From Raillietiella orientalis (taxonomy: Eukaryota), in the NCBI GenBank assembly GCA_036172245.1, contig JAYWIR010000040.1:620001-684000 (forward strand): DNA of 64,000 nt, given 5' to 3'. The notes under the pieces were generated by a model, which had not been told where the DNA came from, did no database searches, and saw only the letters and a list, made by a program, of their open reading frames with translations. The position numbers and the translations under genes were made by a program. Of this stretch, positions 1 through 14,209 are shown one piece after another (position 1 is the first letter of the stretch; each line of letters begins with the position of its first letter).

Positions 1-3000
1 GGAGGAGGTGCACTCTGAGTTTGCAACCATCTGTCCCATCGTGCGTAGTCAGAAATTCGAAGGCGCAGTGGGGATTCGCTTCTTCGCCATCCACATGACT
101 GCAGCTCGAGCTCGAAAGATGGCTTCTGAATTCTGGCCGCTTCCCACTTGGCTCTTCTCCCAGAAAGCACATCCGAGTTGCATCCCAAACTTCCTTTAAA
201 CGAGAAGCGACGAAGCACTGCACAGAAGCACTTTCCTGCTCTTCCTACGTCCATTTCTTCGAGTATCTTCGTTCTTCCTTCTTGTACTGAATTGAAAAAG
301 ACAGACCTCAGAAGAGTGACTCTTGTTCTGCTAGAAGCCATTCATTATCCACACTCCCTTCATCGTGGTGACGTTTCCCCACAGACTCCAGAACTCACCC
401 GCCCGAGATGAAATTTTGCTTCCAGCCAAAGCCTGGAATTCAAGCCCCTCGGAAAGTCAGAAGCCCCCAGGGGATTTCTGTCTTTCAATGAGGCTAAGAA
501 AATCTCTTCGCGCCTAGAAGCGAAGGAGAGCACTCGTTTCAGCTTTTCCTCTCTTCCCATCCGAAAAAGCGGTCGGAATGGGGTCGGTACCCTTTGGCAG
601 CCTAAGAATTCAATCAAGTTCCCTTATTTTAAATTATTCACCTCTCGATGTCAGCGAGGACGAATTTGCTGATGTTAAATCTTCCAGCAGGACGATTTGC
701 AGCACGCATCCACCGTTGCGGACGTGCGTGTTTGGCATGAGAGGTTCAAAGTGGGCGCTGGATTGCAGATCCGAAGGGAACTTCGGATGAGCAGAAGATG
801 GTTCACTCAAGCAAGTGCTGTGTCACAGCTTCGCGTTAGTTTGCAAGCCGCCTCCAGGGTGCACGCTGGTCTTTGCCTCGTTTCGTGTGGTATCCGAAAA
901 GTCAGCTGAACAGTTCTTATTGGTCGACGTGTTCACGTGAACCTTCCCGGCAACCCTCTTAGGGGTCGCGGACGCCCCTACGAAAGTTCCAGGCTCTGGA
1001 ATTTTTGCTACCTTGATTTACGACCTCACCTCTCTCATCTCGAACCTCATTGCATTTTCTTTGTGTAATCAGCTGCCTCTTATTGCATGCACTCTACGCA
1101 CAGCGAGGTCAAATATAGGAAACCCGTCTGAGGCTCTAGGATTCGACTGGCGGAAATGATTTCGGAAGACTTCCGATGACCAAGGACATCTCGTAGCTTT
1201 TTCCTGCTGCTAAGAGATGTCGCTGTTCTTCAGGTTCAGAGTCGAGGACCTCTTGTTGGTCGGCCGTTTAGTGGCGCGTGAACGAAGTCCCGTCGCGCGG
1301 TGGAATGGGCCCGCAAATCAAACTTCGGGAGTGAAAGAGACAAGAGACAACAGGATAGAAGGTTTTACGACCAGGAGGGTCCGCGTATGCAATGCTCGAT
1401 GCTGGAATTCAAGGAAACTTTTCGGCACGCCGCGTGAGCCCAGAGGCGGAGATTTATTTTCGTACGAAGCGTTGTCAGGGAAACCAATGATTCTCGCTTG
1501 AGGACGCACAGGGGCTCGCTTCCTCTCCCAGCCTCTGACCGGGAAGAAGATACTCCTCCGCCAAAGCTTGTCGTCTATCCATGGTCCACTGCAAGTGCGT
1601 CAACCTCCGATGGCATCATCTCTCATACCATCGCATTAGAAGATGAGGGGCGGGATCATAGTGTGCTGGGAATCGGCTCACTTCATTGAGATGAGGATTT
1701 CGTATCTGACTGGTTCACCTCTGCCGCCACGCTTACGCACCCTGCACCTTCAGCTTCCGCGACGCCAGGGTTCGCCTGCTTCCTTTACTTTCGGCACTGG
1801 GCGGCGTCCAGCGCACTGTTATTCTTGCTGAAGCCACTGCGTCTGCGCGCGGCTCCACGGAGGCTGTGGTGGGGCAGTTCCAAACGTGCAGCGAGATATA
1901 CGACTCGTTCCTTCGCCGCGGCGGGAAGCGCATCCGGGCCAGCTGCGCTTTCCCCGAGCACCTCTCCCGCCTTACGCAGCTTTCCTTCCCTTACGAAATC
2001 CGTGAGATGGGGTTAGAGAAAAGGATGATCTCGCGCGGGTAAGAGAAGGTTCGTTTTGGTCCACAGGATTCTTCATGAGCCCATTTGAAAAGTAGAGTGC
2101 ACCTGCAGAGGGGTGCACTCTTTCCCTCGCTTCATCCAGAAGCTGATGACAGGATGACTAAGTTTCCCGGCTCGTTCCATATGCTCGCTCTTCACTCACC
2201 GGGCTTTCTGACATGCTTGACAGATGGCACTCCTGCTTTGTGTGGAAATTCCTTTTCGGAGAGAGCGCTCCCTTTGAACTGGTTACCGACCTTTATGTTT
2301 CAAGGGCTCAACATTCGGGATTTGATTTTGCATTCGGGACTCAAAACTACGAAACGGGGCCAAAAAAGAAAAAAAAGCCGGTATAAGGAAGGGGATGAAA
2401 GGAAGGAACTCGGAAGGCAAAAAGGATGACGAAGACTCATCCCCGAATGCGAAAGACAGGCAGGAGGGCAGCTACGTCATTCTGCGGATCCGCGTCGAAG
2501 CACCAGCTCTTTGCTCCCTTCAGATGCCTCCTCGGCCGGGCGGACGACGGATGCTGAGTTGGCGACACGCAAGGTGGGGACGGAGGGAACCCCCCTTCTG
2601 AGAGGATTCCGAGGGCTTGGACGATTCCCTTCCTGGGAATGGAGCGTCCAGAGCAGACCTCAGGAACAGCGCTTCTGCAGCAGTCGAGGTTTTTTTTTTC
2701 CGCGGCAGAAGAGGCCTTTCCCGAGGCGTAAAACTTCTCACTAGTCAATTAAGCGAATCATGGACAGAAGGTGGATGGGTCACGAGAGAAACGCCGAAAC
2801 AATCCCTGTTTTCCCGACTCGGAAAATCCTCGCTTCGCCTACTGGTGACCTTCGAAGCGACAGCCGACCCGCTGCCGCATCCTTGTCGGGGAAGGGGGGG
2901 CGGAACCTTTTCGAGGTTCCAGTCCTCTCGGGAAAACGCAGGTGACCCTAACTCTCCGTTGCCCCTGGACTTGCGTGGGGGGACGACCCGCTGATTCCCG

Positions 3001-3150
3001 CTTCCTCGCTTCTCTTCGTCAACGCAAATCCTGAAGCGAAGGTGATACTGAGGAAGTTTTCGGAAATCCCTGCATCCTAACCGTCCACGGGCGACCAAGA
3101 AGCCCGGAGTCTTCCTGACCTTTCGGGGGATCTTGGGAGACGGCTCCACC
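1..3150 (-). mobile_element. Degenerate L1/Tx1-like non-LTR retrotransposon (ORF1 remnant to RT; runs off the window start)
   Basis: Minus-strand translations give decayed motifs in the expected order: ORF1/knuckle-like at ~2650-3150; NKSPPLGSRGVPKSF (~KSPGPDG..EFY) in ORF 1318..1509; RRGVRD..GC (~RGVRQGCP) at ~950-985; IEFLG and EKLKRVLSF (~YLG, K...RL..W) in ORF 360..617. Many stops and frameshifts. Confidence 0.55.
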
Positions 3151-3440
3151 GTCCGCAGACCAAGCCGGCAGACGGTTTCCCCGCCTCTGGCTTTCTGCAG
3201 ATGCTGCGATTCCCTGCTCTTCCCTCCCCAAACGAGAAGGCTCCAGGTTCTGGTGGCTAATCCAGGCTCTGCTGCTCCCTCCCACTTTCTCTCTCTCTTT
3301 CTCTCTCTCTCGTCACCAGCAGTGATTCATCAGCAGGACGCCCAGAAGAATGAAAGGAGGGAGGGGGCGCGTCCTGCTTCATCCCGTTCGCGAACCTTTC
3401 CCCCCAGGAGTGATCTTCCGGACTCAGCTGTTTCTACTCT

Positions 3441-5340
3441 ATGATCACCAGTAGGATACTGAAGTATCCAGAAGAGCGGCTGAAAGAAATATTCCCGCCC
3501 AAAAACCGCGAAGACGAGCGGGGAGCGCAGAAGCCGCCTCCCCCGGCGCCGCCCTACAAAGCAGATTCTAGCGCCCTCCCTCCTCCATCGCCCCAAACGT
3601 CGAGACCCCAATTTGTTTACGTGATTGAGACTAAAAACAAGGAGAAAAATTACTGCCTTTCCACCTGCCCACCGGAAGAGATGTACGGAAAGATGAATTC
3701 CTACCAGGTGCTTCTCTCTGGTACCACGACCCCTGCCTCCAGCTACGCTCCAAGTGCGGAGGGGAAATACGAGCTTCCCAGAGTGCTTTTGCCTCCAGGA
3801 AGGCATTCCGATTATGAGACCTCGGCAGACTCCGTCGCCCTCGGTAGTTTCCAAAGGGAAGTGTTCTACCCCGATTCCTACCACAGGGGGTACGTGGAGG
3901 ATGTGTCGACTGCGGCAAGGCGCAGGCACGGCAAAATCCAGGAGGCTGGCCAGGGAGAACTCCACGCCGGCGCGGACCGAGGGGCCCCTCGCCCTCCGCT
4001 CCGTAGAGACGTCTGGATAAGCCCGCACTCCTACAGCACCGACGCGTGGCGACCGTTGACCTTTCGGCACGGGGCAGACGCGTGGAAGGCGTGGCCTCGC
4101 AACGAAGGTCCGTCGGAAAAGGTCTGGAAATCCGCCGACGCATCATTTCGGCGCAACACGGCCGGTTCTCGAGTTAGGAAGGTCATCCGGGACTGCTCTC
4201 GTCCGAAAGAGCTTCCTCCAGGCGGAAAAGGCAGATCGAGTCGTTCGGAGGGCGTCCGGAGCACCTGGAGGATATTCCGAATCTCAAGGGTAAGGGACAT
4301 TCCAGCTTCCTGAGCGAAGCCGCAGCTTCGCGCCCCGCGCTTTGTCGTTATCGATGGACGCGCCGCTCCGCGCGTCCCGGAGGAGGAGGAGGACGCCGGC
4401 AAACGGATGGCCAAAGCAAGCGCCATAAATTCCTCTCGCGGATCCGAAGATGCGCGATCCTCGTGAAGCATTTCTCAGCTCTCTCTGCAGTCCGGACCGC
4501 TTCCTCATCAGAAAGCGGAGAAAAGAAAGAATGGAAACGGAAAAATCTTTCTCCTCAGATGCGGTTGTCACGGAAAGCAAGGACGCGGGACATCGGTCAC
4601 CTCGTTTCCGCTCCCGGCCAGCGTCCCCGGCGGGAGTTTGGAGCAGCGCACGCAGGGGGAATCTGGAGATTCGAGGATCCGCGTTCCTGCAGCCTCGTTC
4701 CTCCAGGAGCCGGAGGCAGTTCCCCCCCTACTACTACCAAATGAACCCCCCGAACGCGACCGCTCAAGGATTCGACTCGCACGTGCCCTTCCCCACGTAT
4801 CCGTTCCAGTTCGTCGGATGGGACACTCCGCCTGCTCCGTACGCTCCTTTCGAGTATCCCGAACCCGGCGGCTACGCTGGCAGTTCTGGCTCGCCTTATT
4901 ATGCATGGGACGCCTCGCAGAATCCTGGGCACACGGAAGCGGAGGGGGGACAGCAGGCGTCTTTCCCTCAAGCGCCGTATTCCGGGTTAGAGAGCCAACT
5001 CACACCGCCAGGGCAACCGACTTTCGCCGAAGGGGGACCTTACAACGAGTCTCTGGAGGGTGAACTCGCTGAGACGATGACGGCGCCGCCGTACCAAGGC
5101 GGCGTCATGAACCAGCTGCAATTGCAGCAGATCGTAAATGAGAAGACCCTGATAGATCAGTTTTCTTCTTGCTGCTTCCCCTTTATCGACTCAGAAGACT
5201 ACTCTCTGTCCAAGTGGACGGGCTCGGACTACCGTCCGCAAAAGTTCGTAGTGATCCCCCTGTACTCCACGACGACGCCGGAGCCACAGAAGAAGTCGCC
5301 GAAACCGGAGGTTCCCAAAGTGCAGTACATCTATTCGTGA
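3441..5340 (+). CDS. Putative spliced orphan gene, Pro/Tyr/Gln-rich protein with furin-type sites; 5' and 3' ends uncertain
   Basis: Long ORFs 3441..4313 and 4450..5340. Phase-consistent model: 3441-4121 (AAG|gtctgg), 4178-4289 (ttag|GAA...AAGG|gtaagg), 4559-5336/5340 (ctcctcag|AT...TC|gtgagt, or TGA). Contains RRKR-Q and RSRR-Q. No recognisable domain. Confidence 0.4.
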
Positions 5341-5699
5341 GTATCCCCGCCCTGCTGTTTTTCTTCCGGCGCGCGGTCTCTCCGCGTGTTTCCCCGCATC
5401 AGTATGGATAAGATTGGGGCCGCGGATCCTAACTCGGGAGAACGTGTCGCCCTTGACGATCGTTGGAGCGCATTTCAGCGTTTAGGAGTCGGCTAGGCAA
5501 TCTTTGCTCGCGGCGCGCCGTTGCCACGTTTCGCAGCGTACTTTCGCTCTGGGTGGATCCGTTGGGAAAGATGCTATGGGAACAGGAGACGGGACGAGCT
5601 GTGGACACTTTCTGCTTGAACGTTTTCATCTTAGGAACATCCTCAACTCTCAGCGCCAAGATCCACTCGCCTCTCGCGGTGCCAGCCGTCTGAGAGTGG

Positions 5700-7230
5700 G
5701 CTCGCTGCTGTTCTCCCCTTGCAGAAACGAATGCGTTGCGTAGAGGGTGCTTTCCCATGCCCTCCCATGACTCCTCCTTGTTGACGTTACTCGAACCAGA
5801 AGACCCGCGACTCCTTCTTCCCAATCTCTTCTTTCGAAGGAGAGGAAGTTGGTGCCTCATTCCAGCCTGGTCGCCGACGTGACCCTTTTCGAAGCATGAA
5901 TGCATGTGGAAAATCTCCGGTCTCTGGTTGTCGAAACGGGAATTTGCCACACAAGGTGTTTCACCTGAATTCTTGCAGTTTTCATTCTTCGCTGCTCATC
6001 TTCTCACCCTTTGTCTGCCGCGTAATGATTTCGATTTTTTTTAGTTCTTTTGGCATCCAGGCAGCCGAGAACGGCTGATGTGGTCTTTGGATTTGTGTGG
6101 CAATCCTGGTATCCGCGCGGGCTATCCATGTTGCCTTTCACATCCTTCTCGCTTTGAGACTTAGAAGTCTTTCTTGAGTGGCAAAGTCAGATGTACCTTG
6201 GCATTTAAACCGTACTTTGGACGGTGTCAGATAAAGACACCGCCGCGAGTTTTCGGATACTCCTGATAACGATACGTGTACACTCCCCAGGTACCCCGTC
6301 TATAATTATTATCCTGTTGTAATCAAGAAAACTCCCAAGAAGTGGAAATCAGTGTTCAGGCGCCTGGAGAATATCTACGGATACTAAGATGAGGGAGCAC
6401 CATCCTTTGAAAGTTCAACGACTACCGTGTGGGACCTACGAAAGCAGAAACCTGCCCGTTGCCAAGGACGCGTTCCTCTTTAACGAAAGAACAGGCCCGA
6501 GGCACGAAGATCATCCACACGTGGACTACCAGTTGGCGCACGCCTCCGCGCGAGCAGTGTTACTGTGTTTGCTGAAGGAATCGAATCGAGCCAGCAGGAT
6601 ATTGCAAGCCAGGAAAGCCTTCGTGGACATCGAAAACGTGGAGGCGACGCAGATGAGAAAGCACAAAGGCAGAAACATATCTGCTTGTGTCAGTATTTTG
6701 AATAAAAATCACGGAAACCTTTTAGAATGCAACCCTCATTTGTGATTCAAGAACGAGGAAAGGACTGTGGAGGAAAGGAGAAGGTATCTTCCCGTATGTT
6801 TATTCGTGCCCGAGTTCCGTGGATTTACAGGAATCGAAATTTATCCCGAGACGGTCTTGACTTGGAATTTCTCGGTTTCTTTTTCTTTCCTTGAGAATTC
6901 GGAGAGAGACGTGGCAAACCAGATCTAAGGAAGTGATCTTCCTCCATCAGATTCGAAACTTGGTGAGGTGGCCATCGAAGGCTAAAGCAGTTTTACTCGC
7001 TTTCACCTTTTGGTAGTACGCTCGTGGCAGGCTACATTCCACAGCTCCACCCCGCTCCGAACTAAACTGCCTGGCACTCACCGACTCACCGACTGTTCTC
7101 ACCGACAGTGAGAACCGATTCCATATCTTTGAGTTGTTTGCCGCTTTGCTCTTTGCTGAAGTGTGTACGTTGAACGAAAGGAGATGATAATCTCTTGTGC
7201 TCACTGCTTCTTGCATTTCCATCAGTGGAG
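5700..7230 (-). mobile_element. Degenerate RTE-like non-LTR retrotransposon RT fragment
   Basis: KASKTA..DG (ORF 6947..7222), TKAF at ~6620, RVLGNGQVSAF at ~6450, and C-terminal GHVGD...LGRRSRG (ORF 5429..5950) resembling the RTE-clade W.GHV.R...G.R.RGRP tail. Confidence 0.5.
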
Positions 7231-7299
7231 GTCGTCAGACTCGGTACACCCGTGGTATTCAGCAGCGTTTCCCCTCGGATAGCAAGTTATCATCACCTG

Positions 7300-10200
7300 G
7301 TCATGCTGGGGCATTTATTACAAGAGTAATAAAAGTACATATGGTGGTGGAACCGTTGGTTCTACCGCGCGCAATGAACCGGCCGAGAACCAGTGCTCAA
7401 ACCGGCGAGGTCCGCTTTGGCAGCATGGGGGGGAGGGAAAACAAAAACCAAAAAAAAAATAAACAAGCGGGAAATTATACACGGGGAGGGGGGGACCGAG
7501 GAAAGGATCACGGTACGCTGCCAGGAGTCCTCTGCATCCTATTCAGGATGCTGGCAAGTTCCATCCGGATGATTCCCAAGTGGTGCTATCTCGAGGCGGT
7601 CCCCAGGAAGATCCGTGTCCAGTGGATAGCATCCCTGCCATTTCGGCCTCCGCGTTCCAGGCTGCCACGATGGCGTGGACGCAGAAGAGAACTTCAAGGG
7701 ACGCGGCACGCGCGAAGAGACGTTTGAAAATGTCCCTGGGGCCGCCTGCTGGGGTTCCTAGAATCGTTGCGAGGCCATCCCAAAAGAGTCTAAGGGCAGC
7801 ACTGTCCACCAGCAGGTGCGGGAGGGTCTCCTCCTTCCCGCACTTGTCACACTGAGCGTCCACGCTCTCCCCTCCCTTCCTTGTCTAGTGGTGGAGGCGA
7901 GCTTCGTACAGGATTCCCTCATGCAGCACCAGGAGCGCCGACTCCTGCCACTTGAGGGGGAGACAGCAAGTGATTGGAACTAAAGACAGGAATTATGGAC
8001 TTTTTGTGCAACGATAACGAAGCCAGATTCCCATCCAGACTCGTGAGGAAGAATTTCTTTGGCCTCAAGCATGCTTTACCACCCACTGCTTGCGTCCTTT
8101 CTCAATCTCAGCTCCCTGCCTGCCACCCTCAACATTTCCTCTACAGAGTCCAATTCTTCCAAATAATCTCTGCCCTGTATCTGCACTTATCTTAGAGATT
8201 TCTAAATCCAACATCCCCAATTTTCTCTTGCCTTTTTCTCAGCTTCGATTTCTCGTGTGTGCTTGTGTGTTTCTTATACTTCCGGCTTTCTCCCCGTAAA
8301 CGGAACAGTCACAAATTGAGAAGATGCTGTGATATCCACCAAAAATTTGGATCGTGTCGAGTCCTTACTTGCTCCCTATTCCACTGGAACTTCCAGCTTA
8401 GCTATCAGTGGCTTGAAGAGCAACCGATTCTGTTCTCTTGCCTCTAGTTGAGATTTGGATTGGCTCATGATTCTGATCTCTTCCACAAACGAGTCCCCTC
8501 CTCCGCCCACCCTGCAAATAAAGCTGTGTCTGAAAATCAGTCCCCGGTCCTCAGATATGAAAAGTATCCAACTTATAATGGGACGTTTTCCCCAAGGTGC
8601 TTGCAGCTCTAGCACGCTTTCACCACAGGTCAATTCACGGAGCCTTGAGGTATCTCCTAAACATCCCTCTTTCTTGTTCTCCGCCCCAGAATCCGATTCT
8701 TTCAGCTGATCTTTATTTCAAAAAGGTGCAGACTTTTTCCGAAATTCGAAGCAAAGATAATTCGGATGGAGTGCTCTTTGCTTCCCGTAGGCATGCAAAG
8801 GTACTTGCTATTATGAAAATCTGTATCTCACTGGACCCCTCTGAAGGCCTTTTAGTGGCTGCTGCTGCATGGACAGCGCTGTAACAATCCAATACAGTCC
8901 ATGAGCGCTTTTTTGGACGTCTGAATAGCCCTGTAGGTCAAGCCTGCCTCGTGTAAGAACGCGTTCCCTTTCCTTTTTCTCCAGATTCCTTCGCTTCCAT
9001 CTTGACGAGGCTACCACCATTTCCCTCGTTCTTTCCTGCCCTCGTCACGATAAGAAATAAGTTCTTCAGTAGAGCGTAGAGTTTGCGCTCCGACAGATGA
9101 CCGTGGATTGGTAAACTTCCGTTGCAGGGAGCCTCTGCGTTTGCTGAATCGGGTATCCTTTTCTTGTTAATCGATTTGAGAGCTGATCTGTGGGTCGCTC
9201 TTAGCGTCTCGGCGCGTCCACGTAGGTTGAGAGATCTCCAGAATCCTTTGATCTTCAGCTGGTTCCAAGCTCCTAGTGATTCTACGAGGATTAAGCTACA
9301 CCACGTTGTGATATCCTGGGCAAACATCTGAACACTAACACTGCGATATTTTACTCTTGTTCAGAGGAACCACTCTGAATGCTTCAGAATTATGGTTCAG
9401 TCTCTTCGTCGAAGGTATGGGCGGAGATATCAACAGAAGATGGAGTGCTGTAAGCCGACGTCTGGAATTGCCTATCCTCGAGAGAAGACGTTGATGGTAA
9501 CAGTGGGCCATTCTATAGATAGCAAAAATGCCTCTGACAGTGGTTTAAAACACGGGATAGTGTTGTGGACCATGCCACACATACGCAGGACGTTTGATCA
9601 CTGCTTCATCTTTTGATTGCTCTTTTTACAGTCAGAAAATTCGATTCGAGTACGGATCCATAATCTGAAAATCGTAGGTGGTCACTGAAAAAATAGGATG
9701 GGGTATGGTGTGATGTGCCCACTGCCCATTCGAGAGCACCTTCTGACCCCTTTAGAACTACTCCAGAAGGAAAGGAGGCCAGGTGCAAACACTCTACTGT
9801 CTCGCTGTAGACGAAGGACGTGGGGGTGATCGTCCGAGCCCTAACAGTCGACCCTCTGGAAAACAACGTGGGAATATTAGATGATGCATCTCTGGCATGG
9901 TATGTCTTTTCAGGTCCGGGTACTTTTGAATAAGGATTCAAAATGTCCCTTTGCCCAAGATTGCTCGTATGCTAAACCCAATCTCCCTGAGGAAGCTTCC
10001 CCAACTATCACTTGGTATCCTCCGTCGGTGATGGAGCAGAGACACTTCATTCGTCTAGATGCCCGTCTTTATGTGCATGGATGACCAACCAACTTTCTCC
10101 GATGTTTTCTCGCGCATGCAGTCTCCTGCGTCTCCACAGAAGGGTGGCTTTAAAATTTTTCTCTCGACTACATCTCATAGAGAAGAGAAAGACCTGGAAC

Positions 10201-12150
10201 GAGTTGGAGGATGTGGGCCGCTCGAAGCTGCTGTCGGTGGCAAAGGTGTCAGAATGGACGCTCGGTTTTTCAAGTACCAGGCATCTGTTGACACACTCTT
10301 CATGCCAGTGCTGGTTTGCAGTCTGCTTGGGAGATTTAGACATTGTTTCACCATCATTCTAATTGTTCTCTTAAGATGTTGAGAAGGAAACCAAGATTTT
10401 GGAGATGCACTGATCCTATATAAAAGGAAGTTTCTAGTTTATATCAATTTTTCTGGGCTAAATGCCTACATCCATCTATCAGGATCTGCTCCTTGCCCAC
10501 GATCCTTTTCTTGTAAGGATTACTCCTCAGAACGTCATTCTTAAATAGCCTGCTGAGGTCCTTGCAAGTCTGAGGTGCTTCGAGTGCAGGAACTTCCGAT
10601 TGCTTTACCTGGAACATCAAGGTCCGTTCCCTGCAAGCTGTAGTTGGTCCATAGTGGAAGCTGGTTCACTTGCTTGAGCTCACAGATGGGAAAACTTCGC
10701 AAGACCTCGTCGAATAGTCAGAAATGCCTTCAGGGTTAAAATGAATGAATGAAAATTCACGATGAGGTAGAGTCCTCCATGTGTTGGCTCTAAACTGAAG
10801 GCAGGAAACTTTGCTGTGGAGCTAAAGACCACCTGAGGCAACGGAGCATTAGATTTTCTCCCGCCAGAGGCCCACTCGCTGTTCTCTTCTCTCCTCTCTT
10901 TCGTGACAAAATTCGAATTCTGCCAACATAAAGAATCGCAGGCTCATAGAGCAGACTTGAAGAAAGAAGGAAAGAAAAAGCAGGAGGAATATCTCTTCGG
11001 AGAAGAGTCGATATTCCCTCCGTTACAGTTTTTTCTTCTGCAGCTTGCATGCAATCCAGCTTTGAATCACGAAATCTCCAAATGCTTCCGAAGTCCTCTC
11101 AAACCTTATGCATCCTTGGAAGAATTTTCGGGGCGCACTGAACGCAGTGGCTACGCAAAAGAAAACGAGGAAGCTCGAATCAGCGGCTCATCTTTTTGGT
11201 CCTTCCACCAGAGAGACAACAGGCCACGGGTTTCTGAGTGGGCCAAATGTAGTCCGTGCCTTGCCCTGGCAGATGCTCCCGGAGTCCAACCTCAGGGAAG
11301 TGAGATGAGAGCAAGAGGAACCAGAAGCTCCACTGCTTTCCTCTGCGCGTACAGAACTCTCTGGGAAAGTTCAGATTCGTGGTTTCTTGGCTCCGGAATC
11401 CATTCTTCTAGAGCCGACTGCGAGAGTGAATGGACTTGAGGAGTCTCATCCTTTTCTCCGTCATGGGGTGCCGTATTTGGGGATCGGCGCCTACGTGTTC
11501 GCGACGATTTTGCAGATTGGCAAATGCGCAGCATCCAGAGGACCTTCTTTAGCACACGACACGCTTTCAAAGATACAGGAAAGAGCTTCGCTTTTCGGAA
11601 GAAGTTCCATTGATGGAATCACACGAATGTTTCAGGCAAGTCAGTCAGTGGACCAGTCTGTTACTCATGCCTGATTTTAGTTTTGAGTTCAGTGTGAGAG
11701 CATCTTTTGAGGACAAGAGCTCCAGAACTACCTTCGGCCCTTCACCCAAAGTGCCCTGTTTCCTTCTTGCTTTTCCACATCAGGGAACAGCTTCGTGGGA
11801 GCAGGAAGGAGCATTTTTTCTTTCCTGTAGAGTTTCAAGGATTCCGCTCCTTTCATCCCCAATCCTACAGGCAGGCTCCGTGGATGTCCCACTGAGCTTG
11901 GGCAGTTGGCTTCAGTCCGTCCCCGCGTTCCCTCCGACTTCACGCATTTGTCCTCTCTGGATCGCAAATGCTCCCGCGCCGACGAGATTGAAATTCCCAT
12001 GAAATCTTTTGGATCGTCCCAGGATGATGAGAAGGGACGAAAGCAATCGCACTCGTTCCACTGCCTCGGTCTATTTCCGAAGCATCTGCTTCAGGAGAAG
12101 TAGAGGAGCAGCATCACTCCTCTCACTCGGGAACTCGGGACACTGAAAAG
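7300..12150 (-). mobile_element. Near full-length degenerate L1/Tx1-like retrotransposon (ORF1 knuckle, APE endonuclease, RT, zf-RVT)
   Basis: Knuckle remnant ~11500; EKPS ~10270; SKVPGPEK (~KSPGPDG) ORF 9606..9941; SSDQTS ~9590; QMFAQDIT (~FADD) ~9320; RWKRRNL ORF 8811..9020; CDKCGKEETLPHLLVD (C..C...ET..HL zinc motif) ORF 7543..7863; minus-strand AATAAA at ~7314. Confidence 0.75.
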
Positions 12151-12199
12151 AAGGACGCCGACGAGTAACTCCACTTGCTACCTTCTGATCCTTTTCTTG

Positions 12200-14200
12200 G
12201 GGGGCGCTGAGATCCATCATCTCCCCCTCCATCAGGGCCAGAGTTCAAGATCAGTCAGTCAACCGTTTCTCACCCTCACTCCTGCACATTCAGCATTAGT
12301 TCGCCATAGACCCGATCCACAGCGGCAGCAGCCCTTCTCAAGGAACCCTGTAGTCCTGTGCGAGTTTGAAAGGAGATAGAACTTTTCCCAAGATATGGGA
12401 CCTCGGTTCCATATCAAAAAGACGAAGAAGAAAAGGAAGATGGACGTTTGGGGATAAAAGAAAGGAAAGGTGCATGGTGGCAAAAAGAAGTCAAGGTGTG
12501 GCTTATCCTTGAAGTAACTTCCAGAAGTGGTGCTGATGATGACTCAGGGTCTTTAACAGTTTCCATACTAGAAAATACAAAGGCTGAGATATATGAAAAC
12601 GAGCTGTGAAAACGAGATGATTTATCTTATTATATAAATTAAATAACTCGTTGTTTGAAAGGAGAGATACAGGGGAGGACCGAAGTTGGGCACCTGCCTT
12701 TAAAAAAAAAGGGACCGACAAAGCATTCAAGGTCTCGAAGGCAAAGGGCAGGAGGCTGCGTGCGAAAGATCTCCGCATTCCGTCGCAGGTGCGGAACAGC
12801 GGGTTCCCTGGTCGCGCCCTGTTCTTCGAAATCGACAGAAGATTCCAGAATCAGCGCTCCGTTTCCTCCACTCCCAGGAAAGCTTGCCGTTCGGATGCTG
12901 AGCTCCGGCGAGCCCAACATCATCTCGAAGCCAACGCTCGTAAACGGTTCCAGCATTTTTCTAGCCATGTGGCGCTCGGTCCCAGGTGTCCCGAAGGAAT
13001 GCTCTCCAGTATAGATAGTCACCACGGTGAGGCACCTGACGAACTTCTGCTCCATCTCATTGGAAAGTTCCGTCTCTCCTACCCGCGGGACACTCTCTGT
13101 TTGCTCTTTTCCACCATGAGACACTGCCATAGAGCAACCAATGATCCAACCAGCTAATAGACACGCAGCTGGTACTCTGCCACGGAAGGCGTATTTGAAC
13201 TCTCTGCAAGGCACTGGCTATGCCGGCTGCTTCACCAGCATCTTTGACTCCGAAAATCCTGCCTCTTCTCTTCCGACTCTTCCCCGTGGCGAGACTGTGG
13301 TTTCCGAGTCTCTCCTGTCGCGGAAGGTGACCCGCATTCCGGCGATACTCGATCTTGGCGAAGCGCACCATCTCCTCCTGAGACAACACTCCGTCTGCTT
13401 CTTGAGAATTTTCTCTTCCCTCAAAGCGCCTCGTCATTCCTGGGAACCCAGAGACCTCACGAGGATCGTCCTTGCAATAGAGGGCGCTGCCTTGAGGGCG
13501 AAGTGGAGAGCGCAGCGTTTGCTCTCTTTCTCCTCTCTTTCCCAGCTCCGGAACTAATCCCGGATCAGTCCGGTCGGCAGCCACCAACACCACCCAATTT
13601 CCACGGCTTGTTCATTCGGACGGTCAGTTCGTCGCTCCAGTCCATCACCGTCCTCTGGCTGCTGGCGCGTTCGTTCAGGATGTGACCCGCGATTCCTTCG
13701 CGCCTTCCTCACAGGTGATAGGCGTCGTCCCCGGCGGACGACGCTCGCACAGGCAGGACGCCGAGTCACGCCGCCACGGACACATGTGCACCCCAAGTGC
13801 AGTTGTTCTCCGCTGAATGCAAAATGATTCCCTTTGCACGATGCCGAAGACGGAGAACATGGTCCTTCGAGTAGAGCCGGGAGCTTTGCAATGAGCGACG
13901 GTGTCCACGTTGTTTTGACCCTTCGGGTCGGCTCGTCGCTCCAGACTGTAATTATCGTCTGGCTTCTGGCGCGTATGTCTGTCGCGTGCGTTACCAAAGC
14001 GACTGGCGGATTTGTACGGAACTGGAAAGGGGAGCCCTGCTACCGAAACGAGGTGCGCGAGCCCACTCCAAGACAAACGAACTTGAACATCATGAATGTG
14101 CCGCTGCTGACATGAGGGCGCGTTGTCGAAAGGAGGGATGGATGGACAGGTGGTCGAGGAGATTCTTTGGCAACCGCAGCTTCCTTCCTCAGAGGTGCAA
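12200..14200 (-). mobile_element. Degenerate L1/Tx1-like 5' part (ORF1 + APE endonuclease)
   Basis: ORF1-like MFSVFGIVQ...ESRVTS (ORF 13675..14208); ADGVLSQE (~D...LQE) ORF 13057..13593; WIIGCS (~IIGGDFN) ORF 12639..13214. Confidence 0.55.
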
Positions 14201-14209
14201 AGCAGCATT

